The notes beneath the pieces were generated by a model. It was not told where the DNA came from, made no database searches, and saw only the letters and a program-made list of their open reading frames with translations. A stretch of 64,000 bases of DNA, from the NCBI GenBank assembly GCA_963845205.1, contig CAWJRC010000002.1, positions 216,825-280,824 on the forward strand. Reading direction: 5' to 3'. The number at the start of each line of letters is the position of its first letter. Position 1 is the first letter of the stretch. This document shows positions 55,797-64,000 of this stretch, piece by piece. This DNA comes from an uncultured archaeon (lineage in GTDB: Archaea; Nanobdellota; Nanobdellia; Pacearchaeales; GW2011-AR1). The position numbers were made by a program, and so were the translations under genes.

Positions 55797-55813
55797 ATCC
55801 TGGTGGGGCTATA
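55797..55813. repeat. attR core (ATCCTGGTGGGGCTATA)
   Basis: Identical to 31101-31117 in the tRNA-Gln 3' end. Confidence 0.85.
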
Positions 55814-55923
55814 TTTGTTTGGGGTTATATATAACCCGCTATATTTGTTTTTGTTACAGTTTTGATAAATAGTCTTCTACCGCATTTAGAAATATTTTTA
55901 TACATCTTTTCACTTTATTAAAT

Positions 55924-56223
55924 ATGGAAATGAGCGTGATAATTGTTGTAGTTATAGCGATTATAGCTGTAATTTATTTATTATTTGCATTTAAGGGTAT
56001 GAGACATAAATTTTTTACACTTTTTTTGATAGGATTAGTTCTATTTGCATTTTTCAGTTTCACTTTTGTGTTCGGGGGTAAAAATATTCCTTTAAACAAT
56101 ATTTCTGATTTGGGAAAAGCTTCACAGATTTATCTATTATGGCTTGGGAATGTTTTTAACAATATCAAGATTGTTACAACAGATGCGATAAAAATGAATT
56201 GGAAAGGCAATAGTTCATCATAA
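55924..56223 (+). CDS. small membrane protein (2 TM segments)
   Basis: 99-aa ORF, hydrophobic segments. Confidence 0.45.
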   Translation: MEMSVIIVVVIAIIAVIYLLFAFKGMRHKFFTLFLIGLVLFAFFSFTFVFGGKNIPLNNISDLGKASQIYLLWLGNVFNNIKIVTTDAIKMNWKGNSSS

Positions 56224-56259
56224 TATTTATAAAGCATAGTTCATAATATATATTATAAA

Positions 56260-56565
56260 ATGGCAAGAAAAAAGAGGACGACAAAAAGGAAAACTCAAAG
56301 AGTTACGAGGAGAAGAACAACAAGGACAAGGAGAACTCAGAGTGTTTCTTTGAACATTAAAAACAGAATTATGATGGTTTTTAATAACCTTCTTTTATTC
56401 ATTGCACTATCTCTTGTTTCTTTTGTTTTGTACAGATATGTTCAAAATGATTTCCTGACAAATTTTTTCCTTGTGATTTCAATGGTCTTTGGTTTTGTAG
56501 CTGTTGGGTTTTTAGTGGCACTTGTTATACTACTAATTATGAAATCTGTTTCTAAAAAAAAATAA
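56260..56565 (+). CDS. small membrane protein with Arg/Thr-rich N-terminus
   Basis: MARKKRTTKRKTQRVTRRRTTRTRRTQS followed by two TM segments. Confidence 0.45.
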   Translation: MARKKRTTKRKTQRVTRRRTTRTRRTQSVSLNIKNRIMMVFNNLLLFIALSLVSFVLYRYVQNDFLTNFFLVISMVFGFVAVGFLVALVILLIMKSVSKKK

Positions 56566-57072
56566 TTTCAAAAATCTTTTTATTTCTTCAATTATTTTAT
56601 TCATATTCGGATCTGCATTAATTACTAAATCTGCATATTGATAATATAATTTTTCTCGTTCTTTGTATAATCTTTCAAAACCTTTTTCTTTTAACCTAAC
56701 AATGCCCCTGTTGTTTGGATTACGAATTCTCTGTTTAATCTTATTTAACGAAGACTTCAGAAATATTATTGCCGAAATTTTTTTCAGAAGTTTCATTGAC
56801 TTCTCTGAGTAAACCACACTTCCGCCCGGGGAGATAACAGTATCATTTATATCCTTTAATTTTAATATTTCCCTTTCTTCTATCCTGATAAAATTTCTCT
56901 CACCAAAAGAATCCAGAATTTTTTGGAGAGGTTTATTCTCATTTTTTTCTATTTTTTTGTCAAGGTCTATGAACTTATATCCTAATTTCCCTGCCAGCTT
57001 TTTTCCTATTGTGGATTTACCTGCGCCAGGCATTCCTATTAAAGTTATATTCATAATAATAGGAATACCCAA
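56533..57072 (-). CDS. AroK-type (bacterial-like) shikimate-kinase-family P-loop kinase
   Basis: LIGMPGAGKSTIGKKLA..LGYKFIDLDKKIE, GERNFIRIEE and ISPGGSVV. The likely true start is the Met at 57054. Confidence 0.6.
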   Translation of the reverse strand: MGIPIIMNITLIGMPGAGKSTIGKKLAGKLGYKFIDLDKKIEKNENKPLQKILDSFGERNFIRIEEREILKLKDINDTVISPGGSVVYSEKSMKLLKKISAIIFLKSSLNKIKQRIRNPNNRGIVRLKEKGFERLYKEREKLYYQYADLVINADPNMNKIIEEIKRFLKLFFFRNRFHN

Positions 57073-57094
57073 TCTTTGATAAATTTAATGCATA

Positions 57095-57168
57095 AGCCTC
57101 AGCTGAGGATTGAACTCAGGACCTTAACATTACCAATGTTACGCTCTTACCAACTGAGCTACTGAGGC
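57095..57168 (-). tRNA. tRNA-Thr (anticodon GGU)
   Basis: 74-nt hand fold: acceptor GCCTCAG/CTGAGGC, anticodon arm TAACA-TTGGTAA-TGTTA, T arm CTGAG-TTCAATC-CTCAG. Confidence 0.9.
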
Positions 57169-57227
57169 ATTATTATACTTAAACTGATAAAAATTAAATT
57201 TATAAACTTCCCCCTTGAGTTAAATAT

Positions 57228-57716
57228 ATGACAGAAGAATGGAATCTTACAATATTAAAAGACAAATACAGGAATTTTCAAAAACAATATAACTTGCTGC
57301 CTTTTGAAAAACTTAATGAAGATTTTCAGATAGAGAAAGTATCAGAGATAGAAACCGACTTTGTTTTGAAGGAAATTAGAGAAAATATAACAAATAAGTT
57401 TCTCAATTACCTAAGGTTTATCGAGTCGATATTAAATCCAACAAATTCACCGATGTTTGTTTTTGCTATAACAAAGACTCTTGGAACAAAAGAAAGAGAA
57501 AAATTAACTGAGTTATACAAAAAGATTGCAAAACTTGAAGTTGATTTGATTGAACTTGATTTGGAGTATTCTGAGAAAAAAGAAGCAGAAGCTATAAAAA
57601 AATATTCTGAGATGTGGCAAGAAATGAAAAAAGAATTAATGGGAATAATTAGTATAATAAAAAAGAACTGGGATAATAAAACAGAAGATGACGGGAAAGG
57701 CTGTTATCTCGGTTAA
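57228..57716 (+). CDS. hypothetical protein
   Basis: 162-aa ORF, helical, no motif. Confidence 0.45.
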   Translation: MTEEWNLTILKDKYRNFQKQYNLLPFEKLNEDFQIEKVSEIETDFVLKEIRENITNKFLNYLRFIESILNPTNSPMFVFAITKTLGTKEREKLTELYKKIAKLEVDLIELDLEYSEKKEAEAIKKYSEMWQEMKKELMGIISIIKKNWDNKTEDDGKGCYLG

Positions 57717-59342
57717 TTATTTTTGGATTTTCTTAAATATTTCTTCTAGATTAACTTCAAATAAAGCAACGGGCATTTTAATTTTCCAATTTTTCAGGAT
57801 TTTGGGATGTATTTCCCCGAGAAATCCTATATTCTTATTATCAAGCTTTATTTCTACGACTCTACCATCAATGAAATAACTGGGAAATTTATCTGGTTCT
57901 GAAATTTTAATTTCCAAATCCATTATTCTGAATAAATATTCTAAAACCTGCCTTACTTCTGTGAAGTTTGCAGGGGCAATGGCAAGTGAAAGATTCTCTG
58001 TTTCAGTTGGAGTAAAGACTTTCCCAACCTCAAAAATTTTCTGCGGATATTCCGAATCAACATTTTCTGAAAGAATTTTCAATAAATAATGAGTCAAATC
58101 TTTTCGGAGAATCGTATAATCGGTTTTTGATTCTTCAACTTCAAGAAAATTTTCATCCTGAACAGCCATTTTCTTAAACTGGTCTTTTTTGTTTGTCAGG
58201 TGATAATTTGAAATCTCCAAAATATTAAGCCCGGAAAGAATTTCAGCTATTTTCCTTTTTATTATCTCTTTTTTATTTTCTTCTCCAATAGTGGCTATTG
58301 CAGGAATTTCGGGTATAAATTTTTCATACCCATATGCAATTGCTATATCTTCAATCAAATCCACTTCATGAAGGATATCAACCCTCCAGGATGGAATTTC
58401 TACATTTCCTTTGTTATAATTAAAACCCATTTTTTCAATAAGTTCTTTTATCTGCTTTTCATCCAAATTCAATCCAAGAAGAGAATTCGCATTTTTCAAA
58501 TTTAGCTTCATTTTTTCTGATGCCAAATTAGGGGTAATCTTTTTATCCTTGTATTCTAATTCCATCTGATAAATTTTACCCCCCATATCTGCAAGAATTG
58601 TTACGAGTATATTCAGACATTTGTTCAGGGTTTCAAAATCAAATCCTGAGCATTCAACAAACACATCTGTTGTTTCTTCTGTTATTTTTCCAGTTAAATG
58701 CGAATTTATAATCGGAGGCATACTTAAAACATTATTATCTGCATCTGTGAATATGGGGAATTTTGGCTTACCTGCAAGAAGGTGAGCATATTCTCTTCCT
58801 GTTGGATGTCTCTGCAGAATCTGCAATCCGGACATTTCCCGGTCTGATTCAAGAGGGATAAATTTTATTTTATCTGGTTCAAGCGCCTTGAATGTTATCG
58901 GGAGTTTTATCTTTTCTAGAGGATAAATTCCTATCGCAAGTTTTTTTCTTTTTCTGCCTACAGTGAGATGCAGTTTTTCCTGTATATCAATTATTTCCTT
59001 AATCTTATCATCATCAAATTTCAACCCCCTTATAATTGCGCATACAGTATAAGGACGAATGTCTTTTACAGAAGAATCTACATTGACTCTATAATCTTTT
59101 TCTGGTTTGTTTATCTTATATTCTTTAAGCCCCTTTTGTTTTCCTATGAATGCTAGAAAAGATCTTTTGAATCCGTGGTAAGAAAGCAAATCTGGGCGGT
59201 TCGGAAAAACTTCAATTTCTATATTAGCATCGTCAAATTTTTCTAATGGAGTTCCAAACATTGCAATCTTATTCTGCATCTTTTCGTCTAATCTTCCAAT
59301 TTCTTTTTCAAACTTTTTTCTTGGAAAGATTACGCTTGCCAT
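57717..59342 (-). CDS. pheT: phenylalanine-tRNA ligase beta subunit (archaeal type)
   Basis: 541 aa with B3/4 and B5 domain patterns (IEVFPNRPDLLS, PPIINS, EDIAIAYGY). Sits in a cluster with pheS. Confidence 0.85.
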   Translation of the reverse strand: MASVIFPRKKFEKEIGRLDEKMQNKIAMFGTPLEKFDDANIEIEVFPNRPDLLSYHGFKRSFLAFIGKQKGLKEYKINKPEKDYRVNVDSSVKDIRPYTVCAIIRGLKFDDDKIKEIIDIQEKLHLTVGRKRKKLAIGIYPLEKIKLPITFKALEPDKIKFIPLESDREMSGLQILQRHPTGREYAHLLAGKPKFPIFTDADNNVLSMPPIINSHLTGKITEETTDVFVECSGFDFETLNKCLNILVTILADMGGKIYQMELEYKDKKITPNLASEKMKLNLKNANSLLGLNLDEKQIKELIEKMGFNYNKGNVEIPSWRVDILHEVDLIEDIAIAYGYEKFIPEIPAIATIGEENKKEIIKRKIAEILSGLNILEISNYHLTNKKDQFKKMAVQDENFLEVEESKTDYTILRKDLTHYLLKILSENVDSEYPQKIFEVGKVFTPTETENLSLAIAPANFTEVRQVLEYLFRIMDLEIKISEPDKFPSYFIDGRVVEIKLDNKNIGFLGEIHPKILKNWKIKMPVALFEVNLEEIFKKIQK

Positions 59343-59343
59343 T

Positions 59344-59946
59344 TTATCCTCTCATCCCCCTTTCTGATAATCTCAATTCAACCCCTCTAAATCTGATTTT
59401 ATTATTCATATAAGGATTTTTTAACTCATAATAGCAACCACCTTTATCTATACAAAACCCTGATTTTTCAAGAGCTCTTTGTGAAGCAATGTTATTTTCT
59501 GAGACATCTGCTTTTATTTTACAAAAATTAAAACATTCAAATAATTTTTCACAGAATAATTTTATAGCGTCTGTTGCATAACCCTTCCCCTGATGAGTTT
59601 TTCCAATCCAATAACATATTTCCGCCTCATTTTTATTATAATCAATGGTATGCATACCGATTCCTCCAACTAATTCTTCCAATCTTCTCTCTTTGCAATT
59701 ATCTTTTATCTCAATTCTTACGTCTAATTCTTTTATTATAGCCAAGTTTATATTTCTTGGCTTGGATTCGTTATATTCAGCAATTGTTTTCTCCAGCCAT
59801 CTTTTTTCTTTATTTATTGTTAACTCATTTACATTAATTTCAAGTTCCATTTGCTTTATTATCTCGGGGGCTTTGAATTCTTTCAAAAGGTTTTCTGCAT
59901 CATTAAGCTTAAATTTTCTTAGATATACAATTTTTTCTTCTTTCAT
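59344..59946 (-). CDS. GNAT-family N-acetyltransferase (RimJ/RimL-like)
   Basis: HQGKGYATDAIKLFCE...NIASQRALEKSGF. Confidence 0.75.
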   Translation of the reverse strand: MKEEKIVYLRKFKLNDAENLLKEFKAPEIIKQMELEINVNELTINKEKRWLEKTIAEYNESKPRNINLAIIKELDVRIEIKDNCKERRLEELVGGIGMHTIDYNKNEAEICYWIGKTHQGKGYATDAIKLFCEKLFECFNFCKIKADVSENNIASQRALEKSGFCIDKGGCYYELKNPYMNNKIRFRGVELRLSERGMRG

Positions 59947-60013
59947 TTTTTATAAACTCCCTCCATCCAATATTATTCTCTCTGTTTTTTCCTGTGCTTT
60001 GTTTATTTCCATT

Positions 60014-61534
60014 TTATTTCATCCAAAATTTCATTTTCCTTAATTGAGTTATATCATTTTTGTACATCTCTCTTAAATCTTTGATATTATAATAATCCAT
60101 AATCATTCTGTCAAATCCTGGGCCCCATGCAAGAACTGTCAATTTTTCTCCAAGAAGGGGGATTACAACTTCTGGCCTGAAAATTCCTGCTCCGCCAAGT
60201 TCAAACCATATCTTTTTTTCAGGATGCCAGACATCTATTTCAACGCTTGGTTCTGTGTAAGGGAAATAAGAAGGGCGGAATCTTATTTTCTCAAATCCCA
60301 TCTTTTTGAAGAATTCCTGCAGGTAGCCTAAAAGATTCCTAAAGTTCAAATCTTTACCCACTACAATTCCTTCTGACTGATTAAATTCAAATCCATGACT
60401 CCAATCAACAGTTTCATTTCTGAAACATTTTCCTATTGCGAAAAATTTTGTGGGAATATTCTTTTTATCCAAATTTGCAAGTGTATTTGCAGACAAACAA
60501 GTTGTATGTGTTCGTAAGACTAATCTTTTTGCATCTTCTTCATTCCAAGAATATTTCCAGCCCTTGCTTCCATCAACCCCTTTTTCATGACTTTCTTTTA
60601 CTGCTTTGACTAATCTTTTATCAGGTAGTTCCACTTTTTTATTTATGAAGAAAGTATCCTGCATTTCCCTTACTGGATGATCCTGCGCTGTAAATAAAGC
60701 ATCAAAATTCCAGAATGAACTCTGCAACATATTCCCATTCATTTCTTTAAAGCCCATCTCTGTCCAGACTCTTCTTGCATAGTCTGTTGCTTGATTTACA
60801 AAATGCCTTTTTCCACCATTTACAGATGGAAGAGGTGAAGTTACATCATATCTTCTGAACTTTTTTCCTTTCCATGCAGATTCTTTTTCAAGAATTTGTG
60901 GAGTTATTGCTTCAATAAGTTCGCCTATTTTTTTTGATGATCTTATTATTTCTTCCCCGAGTTTTGTCAAATTTATATCCACAATCTCAATTTCTTTTAT
61001 TTGAATTATGTTTCTTCTTCTTTCAAGAGATTTTAATGCGTATAATTGTTCGGGAGTAAGGGTATTATAATCAAGGGGGAGAGACTCGATAAAGATTTCT
61101 TCTAAGCTTTTTTTTGAAATTTCTTCTACGCTCCCTGATAAGGAAACTTTTTCGTTTTTTATTTCGATTAATGCTTTTTTCTTTAAGGCTCCGATGGATG
61201 CTTTGAATTCTTCATTTGAAAGAACACTTTCTTTTTGAGCTTCATCCAATCTTAGAATTCTCCTTTCATTTAACAAACTTAAAAGCCTTCTTTCAGGCAG
61301 CCCTTTTTTTTTGTAAAGTGCTCCATTAACCCCTATTTCAACAATTTTCTTTCTTTCATGAGAAATTGTGATTATATTCTTGTTCCCAAGGTATTCTAAA
61401 GCACGCAAAACAGAAGTTCTATCAAGTTTTGAATTTCTTACTATCTCATCGATATCTCTTTCTTTAAGAAAAGGGAGAATTTTTCTCTCATTTGGACTCA
61501 AAGATTCAATGAGTTTTTCTGTATTTTTTGCCAT
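60014..61534 (-). CDS. pheS: phenylalanine-tRNA ligase alpha subunit (archaeal, with N-terminal wHTH repeats)
   Basis: Class II motifs: HPVREMQDTFF, LRTHTT, FRNE and GAGIFRPEV...AWGPGFDR. Confidence 0.9.
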   Translation of the reverse strand: MAKNTEKLIESLSPNERKILPFLKERDIDEIVRNSKLDRTSVLRALEYLGNKNIITISHERKKIVEIGVNGALYKKKGLPERRLLSLLNERRILRLDEAQKESVLSNEEFKASIGALKKKALIEIKNEKVSLSGSVEEISKKSLEEIFIESLPLDYNTLTPEQLYALKSLERRRNIIQIKEIEIVDINLTKLGEEIIRSSKKIGELIEAITPQILEKESAWKGKKFRRYDVTSPLPSVNGGKRHFVNQATDYARRVWTEMGFKEMNGNMLQSSFWNFDALFTAQDHPVREMQDTFFINKKVELPDKRLVKAVKESHEKGVDGSKGWKYSWNEEDAKRLVLRTHTTCLSANTLANLDKKNIPTKFFAIGKCFRNETVDWSHGFEFNQSEGIVVGKDLNFRNLLGYLQEFFKKMGFEKIRFRPSYFPYTEPSVEIDVWHPEKKIWFELGGAGIFRPEVVIPLLGEKLTVLAWGPGFDRMIMDYYNIKDLREMYKNDITQLRKMKFWMK

Positions 61535-61639
61535 GTTATTCCTAAATAAGTTGTATTAAAAAAGATTTGGTTTACATCGTTATCAAAGCGTTCAATAGAT
61601 TATACCAATCTTTTTAAACGCTTAATAAATTTTAATTAA

Positions 61640-61900
61640 ATGTTAAATCAAGATGAACTTGATCATTTAAGAAAAAATTTAGAAGACCGATTAATCAAAA
61701 AAAAGAAAGAACTCTCCCCTCATTCAGTATATGACTTTCTTGATAGATTCTATGAAAAATCACGTGCAAGCATTTGCAAAAGTACAATGAAGGAGAGTAT
61801 AGACGTTTCTAATGACCTTTTGAAATATCTTTCTTCTGAATTTAAGCTAGAATATAAGAAATTGGATCTGAAAGAAATCTTTGGTCATAAAATAATCTAA
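61640..61900 (+). CDS. hypothetical protein
   Basis: 86-aa ORF. Confidence 0.35.
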   Translation: MLNQDELDHLRKNLEDRLIKKKKELSPHSVYDFLDRFYEKSRASICKSTMKESIDVSNDLLKYLSSEFKLEYKKLDLKEIFGHKII

Positions 61901-61902
61901 TT

Positions 61903-62346
61903 CTACAAATCTACGACCATCCAAGTAGGCATCCCTAAAACTAGACCAAGAGCTTTTAAATCAAACGTATTCCTATTTTTTTCCCCAAAGAATCCCATTT
62001 TTAATTTATTCTTATTGCATATTTTTATATTTTGGGAGATACGTGCAAGAATTAGTGCTTTTTGTTTTTCCTCTGAGTCTATAATTTCGTCGAGATTTAT
62101 TCCAATGACCACATTCTTTTTCTTTGCAACTTTTGCCATAACGTGATTAAGCCCAGAATTTCTTTGTTTTTGAAAATCTTTTCTTCCTTCCTGATTCAGA
62201 AGCAAAACATCAATTTTTTCTTTTTCAAGAATTTTTCTATTCAGTTCATCATCTTCAGAAGAGAAAATTATTTTTTCACCTGAGTTTTGCTTTATGAGTT
62301 TTCTTGCCTTATCAAAGTTATTTTCCTGAATTAAAATCTGTTCCAT
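61903..62346 (-). CDS. RNase P protein component 3 (Rpp30)-like, short (tentative)
   Basis: Pattern ...DVLLL...GLNHVMAKVAKKKNVVIGINLDEI...ISQNIKICNKNKLKMGFFGEKNRNTFDLKALGLVLGM resembles the C-terminal two-thirds of the Rpp30 barrel. Confidence 0.35.
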   Translation of the reverse strand: MEQILIQENNFDKARKLIKQNSGEKIIFSSEDDELNRKILEKEKIDVLLLNQEGRKDFQKQRNSGLNHVMAKVAKKKNVVIGINLDEIIDSEEKQKALILARISQNIKICNKNKLKMGFFGEKNRNTFDLKALGLVLGMPTWMVVDL

Positions 62347-62387
62347 AGATAAATCAATAAAAAGGAATTTATATTTTTATTGAATTC

Positions 62388-62849
62388 TTATAAATACTTA
62401 TTCAACAATTCTGAATTTTTGGATTTGGCTTCTTCTATTGATGGAAGTTCTCTAATCTTTCTATAGTTGTTTATTATTTCTTTTCCCTTACCCGTCAATT
62501 TCTTTCCGTACATGCTTATTTCTGGAGAAAATTTTTCATATTCTGTCATCCCGAATTTTATATCCGGAGAATCTGGCTTATTAAAATCATCGTAAGGGGT
62601 ATAGTGAGTGACATCTAAAGAAACTTTTTCTAATTCGTCAAGCATCTTTTTTGTTTGATAGTATAGTAATCTTTCCTCTTTTTCGGTGTTATCATTAATT
62701 TTAATGTTGCTGTCAAATGCATTATTAAGATCGTGATAGTTCCTTTCTACTAACTCTAATACAAAATTTACAGTTTTCTTTTTAATTCCAGCTTCCCTTT
62801 CGATTGCATTATATTCTTCTTTGAGAATTTCTTCTAAAACCATACACAA
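62388..62849 (-). CDS. hypothetical protein
   Basis: 153-aa ORF. Confidence 0.4.
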   Translation of the reverse strand: MCMVLEEILKEEYNAIEREAGIKKKTVNFVLELVERNYHDLNNAFDSNIKINDNTEKEERLLYYQTKKMLDELEKVSLDVTHYTPYDDFNKPDSPDIKFGMTEYEKFSPEISMYGKKLTGKGKEIINNYRKIRELPSIEEAKSKNSELLNKYL

Positions 62850-62886
62850 AATAAATTTAGTGTCTTTTTAAAAATTGTTGTAATAT

Positions 62887-63579
62887 TCATAAATTACCAA
62901 TTACTGTTCCCTTAAACTTTTTAAAATTAAGCAAGTTATCTAATTGTTTCATGTCTTCTCCGAGAATATATGTTGTTATTCTATTTTTCATAATCATCTT
63001 CGCAGCAGTTTGATCCAGAACAAAATGCTGTCCGGGCTTATATTTTATTTTGTCAACTATTTTATTGAAATTTTTCCATGAGATTTCTGGAATGAATTTC
63101 GCGTCTTTATGCTCTTTTGGATTTTTATTATATAATCCTGCAACATCTGTTAAATTAATGAATGAACAACCAAAAACTTCCGCAATTTCTGCTGTTGTTG
63201 AATCTGATGTTTGATGGGGTTTGTATTCCAATGCTCCGCAAAAGACAACGTCATATTTTTTTACATACTCTTTAAGTTCCTTCATTTTATGAGGAATTCC
63301 TCTTTCCTGATCTTGATGGAAAAAATATGACATAAATCTCGCATTCATTCTTGTCGCTGAGATTCCGGCAAAGCTCTGAAATGTTTCATTCATTCCGATT
63401 TCTCTCAATGCATAAATGTATTTTCTTGCAATGCCCCCTCCACCGCACACAATGACAAATTTGTATTTGTTTACATTTTTTAGAATTGTTTGCCTGAACT
63501 CTTTAAGATATTTTATATTTATATCATTGGGAATTATGAGGCTTCCGCCAAGGCTAATTGTAATCACCTTCTTTTTCAT
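62887..63579 (-). CDS. pyrH: UMP kinase (archaeal PyrH, amino-acid-kinase fold)
   Basis: VITISLGGSLI, VIVCGGGGIAR, TDVAGLYNKNP. Confidence 0.8.
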   Translation of the reverse strand: MKKKVITISLGGSLIIPNDINIKYLKEFRQTILKNVNKYKFVIVCGGGGIARKYIYALREIGMNETFQSFAGISATRMNARFMSYFFHQDQERGIPHKMKELKEYVKKYDVVFCGALEYKPHQTSDSTTAEIAEVFGCSFINLTDVAGLYNKNPKEHKDAKFIPEISWKNFNKIVDKIKYKPGQHFVLDQTAAKMIMKNRITTYILGEDMKQLDNLLNFKKFKGTVIGNL

Positions 63580-63629
63580 ATGGATTTTACGTAGACAAAA
63601 TTTAAAAAACTATTGAATATTATTTTTAT

Positions 63630-64000
63630 ATGCAATCTAAGAAACTTAGCCTTGAAGAAGTACTGATCCAGGTTGGATTACGAATAGCAAAACGAGGAGA
63701 AGGAGCGCTTTTTGTTGTCGGAGAAGTGCCTTACAAAACACTGGTCAAACAAACAGTTCCGCCGTTTAATATCATAGAAAACCCAAAACTTCTTGAATCT
63801 TTAGCATTAATCGACGGTGCGGTTATAATCGACAAAAAGGGTTTTCTTAAGGCATACGGAGTTATGATAAAGAGCAAAAAAGTTTTTAAGAATTACGGGA
63901 CAAGGCACAGTGCTGCCTTAAGTGCTGCAGTGGGAGATAATCTTGTTGTAATTGTTTCTGAAGAAGACAGGAAAGTGAAAATTTTGAAAAATGGAAAGTT
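63630..64000 (+). CDS. DisA_N/DAC-domain protein (diadenylate cyclase), 3' end outside the window
   Basis: Hand translation from ATG at 63630: ...RGEGALFVVG...IDGAVIIDKKG...GTRHSAALS...VVIVSEEDRKV, the DGA and RHR-like DAC motifs. Confidence 0.7.
   Translation, partial: MQSKKLSLEEVLIQVGLRIAKRGEGALFVVGEVPYKTLVKQTVPPFNIIENPKLLESLALIDGAVIIDKKGFLKAYGVMIKSKKVFKNYGTRHSAALSAAVGDNLVVIVSEEDRKVKILKNGK

Larger units (their letters stand above)
31101..55813. mobile_element. 24.7-kb integrated element (integrative plasmid/provirus-like) in tRNA-Gln
   Basis: 17-bp direct repeats of the tRNA 3' end at both ends. An intact tyrosine integrase lies 88 nt from the tRNA, followed by RHH, P-loop replication-type and HTH genes. 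Confidence 0.8.

Noticed and set aside
59645-60043. 132-aa plus-strand ORF
   Set aside because: It is antisense to the GNAT gene and the pheS 3' end, with a Ser/Phe/Ile low-complexity composition. The same reasoning applies to the other antisense or alternative-frame track ORFs inside confident genes, for example 8382-8621, 10155-10451, 13532-13807, 18097-18547, 22152-22534, 25980-26282, 39100-39453, 44282-44473 and 49347-49955.
1-64000. CRISPR arrays, rRNA genes, transposase-type IS elements
   Set aside because: Visual scanning of the intergenic regions found no regularly spaced direct repeats, no long GC-rich structured stretches and no transposase motifs. Apart from the 24-bp and 16-bp palindromes and the 13-bp duplication reported in the findings, the only repeats found are the tRNA-derived att repeats. 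A computational repeat search would be needed to be sure.

Overview
AT-rich archaeal chromosome segment. The gene set suggests a small-genome DPANN-like lineage, which is an inference only. All family assignments come from motifs read by eye in the supplied translations or in my own hand translations; no database or HMM search was run.

Core genes: type IA topoisomerase (partial), TFS, signal peptidase, Cdc48/VAT, MetAP2, family-B DNA polymerase, NSUN RNA methyltransferase, FEN1, Trm5, RFC small and large subunits, endonuclease III, PheRS alpha and beta, UMP kinase and a partial diadenylate cyclase. Several bacterial-type metabolic genes are interspersed: MetK, PduL plus acetate kinase, and an AroK-like kinase. 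Four tRNAs were found by hand folding: Lys-CUU, Thr-GGU, Gln-CUG and a Glu-CUC interrupted by a 121-nt intron. No rRNA or CRISPR array was seen.

The accessory part is organised around a divergent tRNA-Glu / tRNA-Gln pair at about 30.4-31.1 kb. Each tRNA has an island on its 3' side, bounded by a perfect direct repeat of that tRNA's 3' end.

1. A 3.1-kb integrase-less islet (27291-30464, 23-bp repeats). It holds two gene fragments and a tightly coupled three-gene operon: radical-SAM/SPASM enzyme, HExxH peptidase and a 61-aa peptide with 7 C-terminal cysteines. This is a candidate archaeal RiPP system and my top candidate for something new.
2. A 24.7-kb integrated element (31101-55813, 17-bp repeats). 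It carries a tyrosine integrase, an RHH protein and a P-loop replication-type protein. It also has a six-gene operon (RHH-like, LemA, NRK-like kinase, 2H phosphoesterase, NUDIX, AN1-Zn-finger/transglutaminase membrane protein) that I propose is a nucleotide/NAD-ADP-ribose processing module. The rest is an 11-kb surface glycosylation cluster, a Gly-Tyr-repeat surface protein and a ClpP-fold protease with wHTH partners.
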